DNA from: a virus | Taxonomy: Duplodnaviria; Heunggongvirae; Uroviricota; Caudoviricetes | IMG/VR virus record: IMGVR_UViG_3300048496_000015 | Length of the DNA: 60,844 nucleotides | Strand: one strand, 5' to 3' | In this document: in pieces, positions 59,429 through 60,844 of the stretch | Position numbering within the stretch: the first letter of the stretch is position 1 | Layout: every line of letters begins with the position of its first letter | The notes under the pieces: generated by a model | Databases searched by the model: none | The model's input: the letters and a program-made list of their open reading frames with translations, nothing else | Told to the model about the DNA's origin: nothing | Position numbers and translations under genes: made by a program

Positions 59429-60175
59429 TTACGCTGTGCCTGTGCCATCTGGTGTAAGTTCTTCAGTACAAAGACGTAATTTGACATTCAATAATCTACT
59501 CATTTTTCGATCTAATGCTTCTAACGCCAAGATTAGTGCTTCACATTCTGTTACTAGTTCCCGCTCTTTAAAGAAAATTGGATCTCTAAATTGAGGCTGT
59601 TCTATAAATCTAATCCCACCAAATTCATCGAAAATAGTAGACCGTCTCTTGGTAAGGTCTAAATCATAACTGAATTCTGTAGAAGATGGGATCTTGTGGA
59701 CGTTTTCCACTTCGTATTGTTCGAGGAATCCAATCGCAGCTGATGCGCGCATAAAGATCTTATCGCCAACGCTAAATTTTGGAGCTCCAGCTTCCAATAC
59801 CGGCTCTGCAATCCCAGTTGCTTCACACAGTCCATCATTCTTAAACTGGAGTCGAGTTATAGTGACAGAAACGCTATTAATCGCAGCATCTACTGCGTCA
59901 CACAACAGTAGGAGCTCTTCTTCCTCAAATTCGAGACGAGCAGGACTCTTTAAATCTATGCGGCCGCCGACCGAAGTCTCTTGAGGCCCCTTCTGATCAA
60001 TTTCGATACGGTATACCCAAGTATCCTTGCGACTGCGCGTGAGGGCAGTGATTTTGTAGGCTTCTAATTCACCTAGCGCAGTGGATGCTGCTAGATAAAC
60101 AACTTCGCCTATTGCAAATAATGGAGCTGGTGTTGTCATTCCCAAGTACCTTTGGGTCCGACAAACATGCCACAA
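59429..60175 (-). CDS. Hypothetical protein with two internal repeats
   Basis: 'PLFAIGEVVYLAASTALGELEAY' and 'PKFSVGDKIFMRASAAIGFLEQY'. Confidence 0.75.
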   Translation of the reverse strand: MWHVCRTQRYLGMTTPAPLFAIGEVVYLAASTALGELEAYKITALTRSRKDTWVYRIEIDQKGPQETSVGGRIDLKSPARLEFEEEELLLLCDAVDAAINSVSVTITRLQFKNDGLCEATGIAEPVLEAGAPKFSVGDKIFMRASAAIGFLEQYEVENVHKIPSSTEFSYDLDLTKRRSTIFDEFGGIRFIEQPQFRDPIFFKERELVTECEALILALEALDRKMSRLLNVKLRLCTEELTPDGTGTA

Positions 60176-60844
60176 GATGCCTTCACATCGAAGCCGACTC
60201 TCGCAATCATCTTAATTTTAGAAAATGGGAGAAGTGACTTCAATATCTCGACATTACGATCGATTACTTCGATGCTAGACTCCTTGCCATATTCTGAACT
60301 ATATGGATTGAACTTGACAATCGCTATGTCAACTCGTAACCCCATAGTCCGAACACGATGGCATAACAACGCGATGTCTTCTTCACTATCGTTCTCACCC
60401 TCAATGAAAGCCCAGTGAAGCTTAATGATTTTCTTGGTGTTATCTTGATATTCCTTCAGAAGTTTTAAAGCATGAATCGGGGGCATAGCGTTGGGTAACC
60501 ACTTTTTGCGGAAATCAGGATTAACACTATAAATTGAGTAGTAGATCTCTGGATTTATAATTGGAAATATGTCGCTTAATGACTTATCCATAATAGTCTG
60601 AGGCATTATTGTGGAAATGAGGAATCTTGGAAACAAACTACGTTTCGATGATTCCGCGCCTAAGTGATCGAATAATTCTTTGCCGTGTTTAATGAACAAC
60701 TCGTTATCGAATGCCTCACCCCTGGACATAAAATTGAAATGCACAATCTTGGCCTTTGGGCAATTCTCATCATACCAATTAAGAACTGCTGCTGTCTGTT
60801 CACGATATATGTCTAGAGTTGCATTCGATCGCTGGGTTTGTTTA
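60136..60844 (-). CDS. Radical SAM enzyme, RlmN/Cfr-like (5' part outside the window)
   Basis: Frame open to the window edge; 'FNFMSRGEA' (cf. MGMGEP), 'FNPY', 'GFDVKASCGM' (cf. GxDIxAACGQL). Confidence 0.75.
   Translation of the reverse strand, partial: KQTQRSNATLDIYREQTAAVLNWYDENCPKAKIVHFNFMSRGEAFDNELFIKHGKELFDHLGAESSKRSLFPRFLISTIMPQTIMDKSLSDIFPIINPEIYYSIYSVNPDFRKKWLPNAMPPIHALKLLKEYQDNTKKIIKLHWAFIEGENDSEEDIALLCHRVRTMGLRVDIAIVKFNPYSSEYGKESSIEVIDRNVEILKSLLPFSKIKMIARVGFDVKASCGMFVGPKGTWE

Overview
A fragment of a large dsDNA bacteriophage genome (inferred from a T4-like replication module and dense packing of small ORFs; no rRNA, tRNA or CRISPR seen). It has four zones. (1) 1-11.7 kb: GC-rich, minus-strand run of about 35 small accessory ORFs, including an HNH nuclease, a NADAR-like protein, a stand-alone LigD phosphoesterase and a Tat-signal protein. 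(2) 11.8-19.6 kb: mostly non-coding control region. It holds a plus-strand operon of micro-ORFs that share an 'MNFKVIAP'-like start, two paralogous Zn-finger/Lys-Ala-rich genes each behind tandem promoter-like motifs, short repeats, a palindrome-dense tract, a 178-nt T-free tract, and a G-run at a sharp GC-to-AT junction that may be a genome end. (3) 19.6-31.1 kb: the main discovery, a head-to-tail array of 31 divergent paralogous small genes (27 contiguous). They share an N-terminal 'LxxLIxDW' helix and a C-terminal '(A/P)xDPxFFxKL' motif, and a putative Zn site changes stepwise along the array. (4) 31-60.8 kb: AT-rich metabolic and replication genes: Thg1-like, DEDDh exonuclease, glycosyltransferases, GDP-fucose synthase, FkbM methyltransferase, proteases, NadM-Nudix plus NadV NAD salvage, ASCH, HAD, kinase, lipoproteins, HNH, 5'-3' exonuclease, gp32-like SSB, UvsY-like, mini-PolA, DnaB-like helicase and a truncated RlmN-like radical SAM. 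All calls come from motif recognition by eye; no searches were run.
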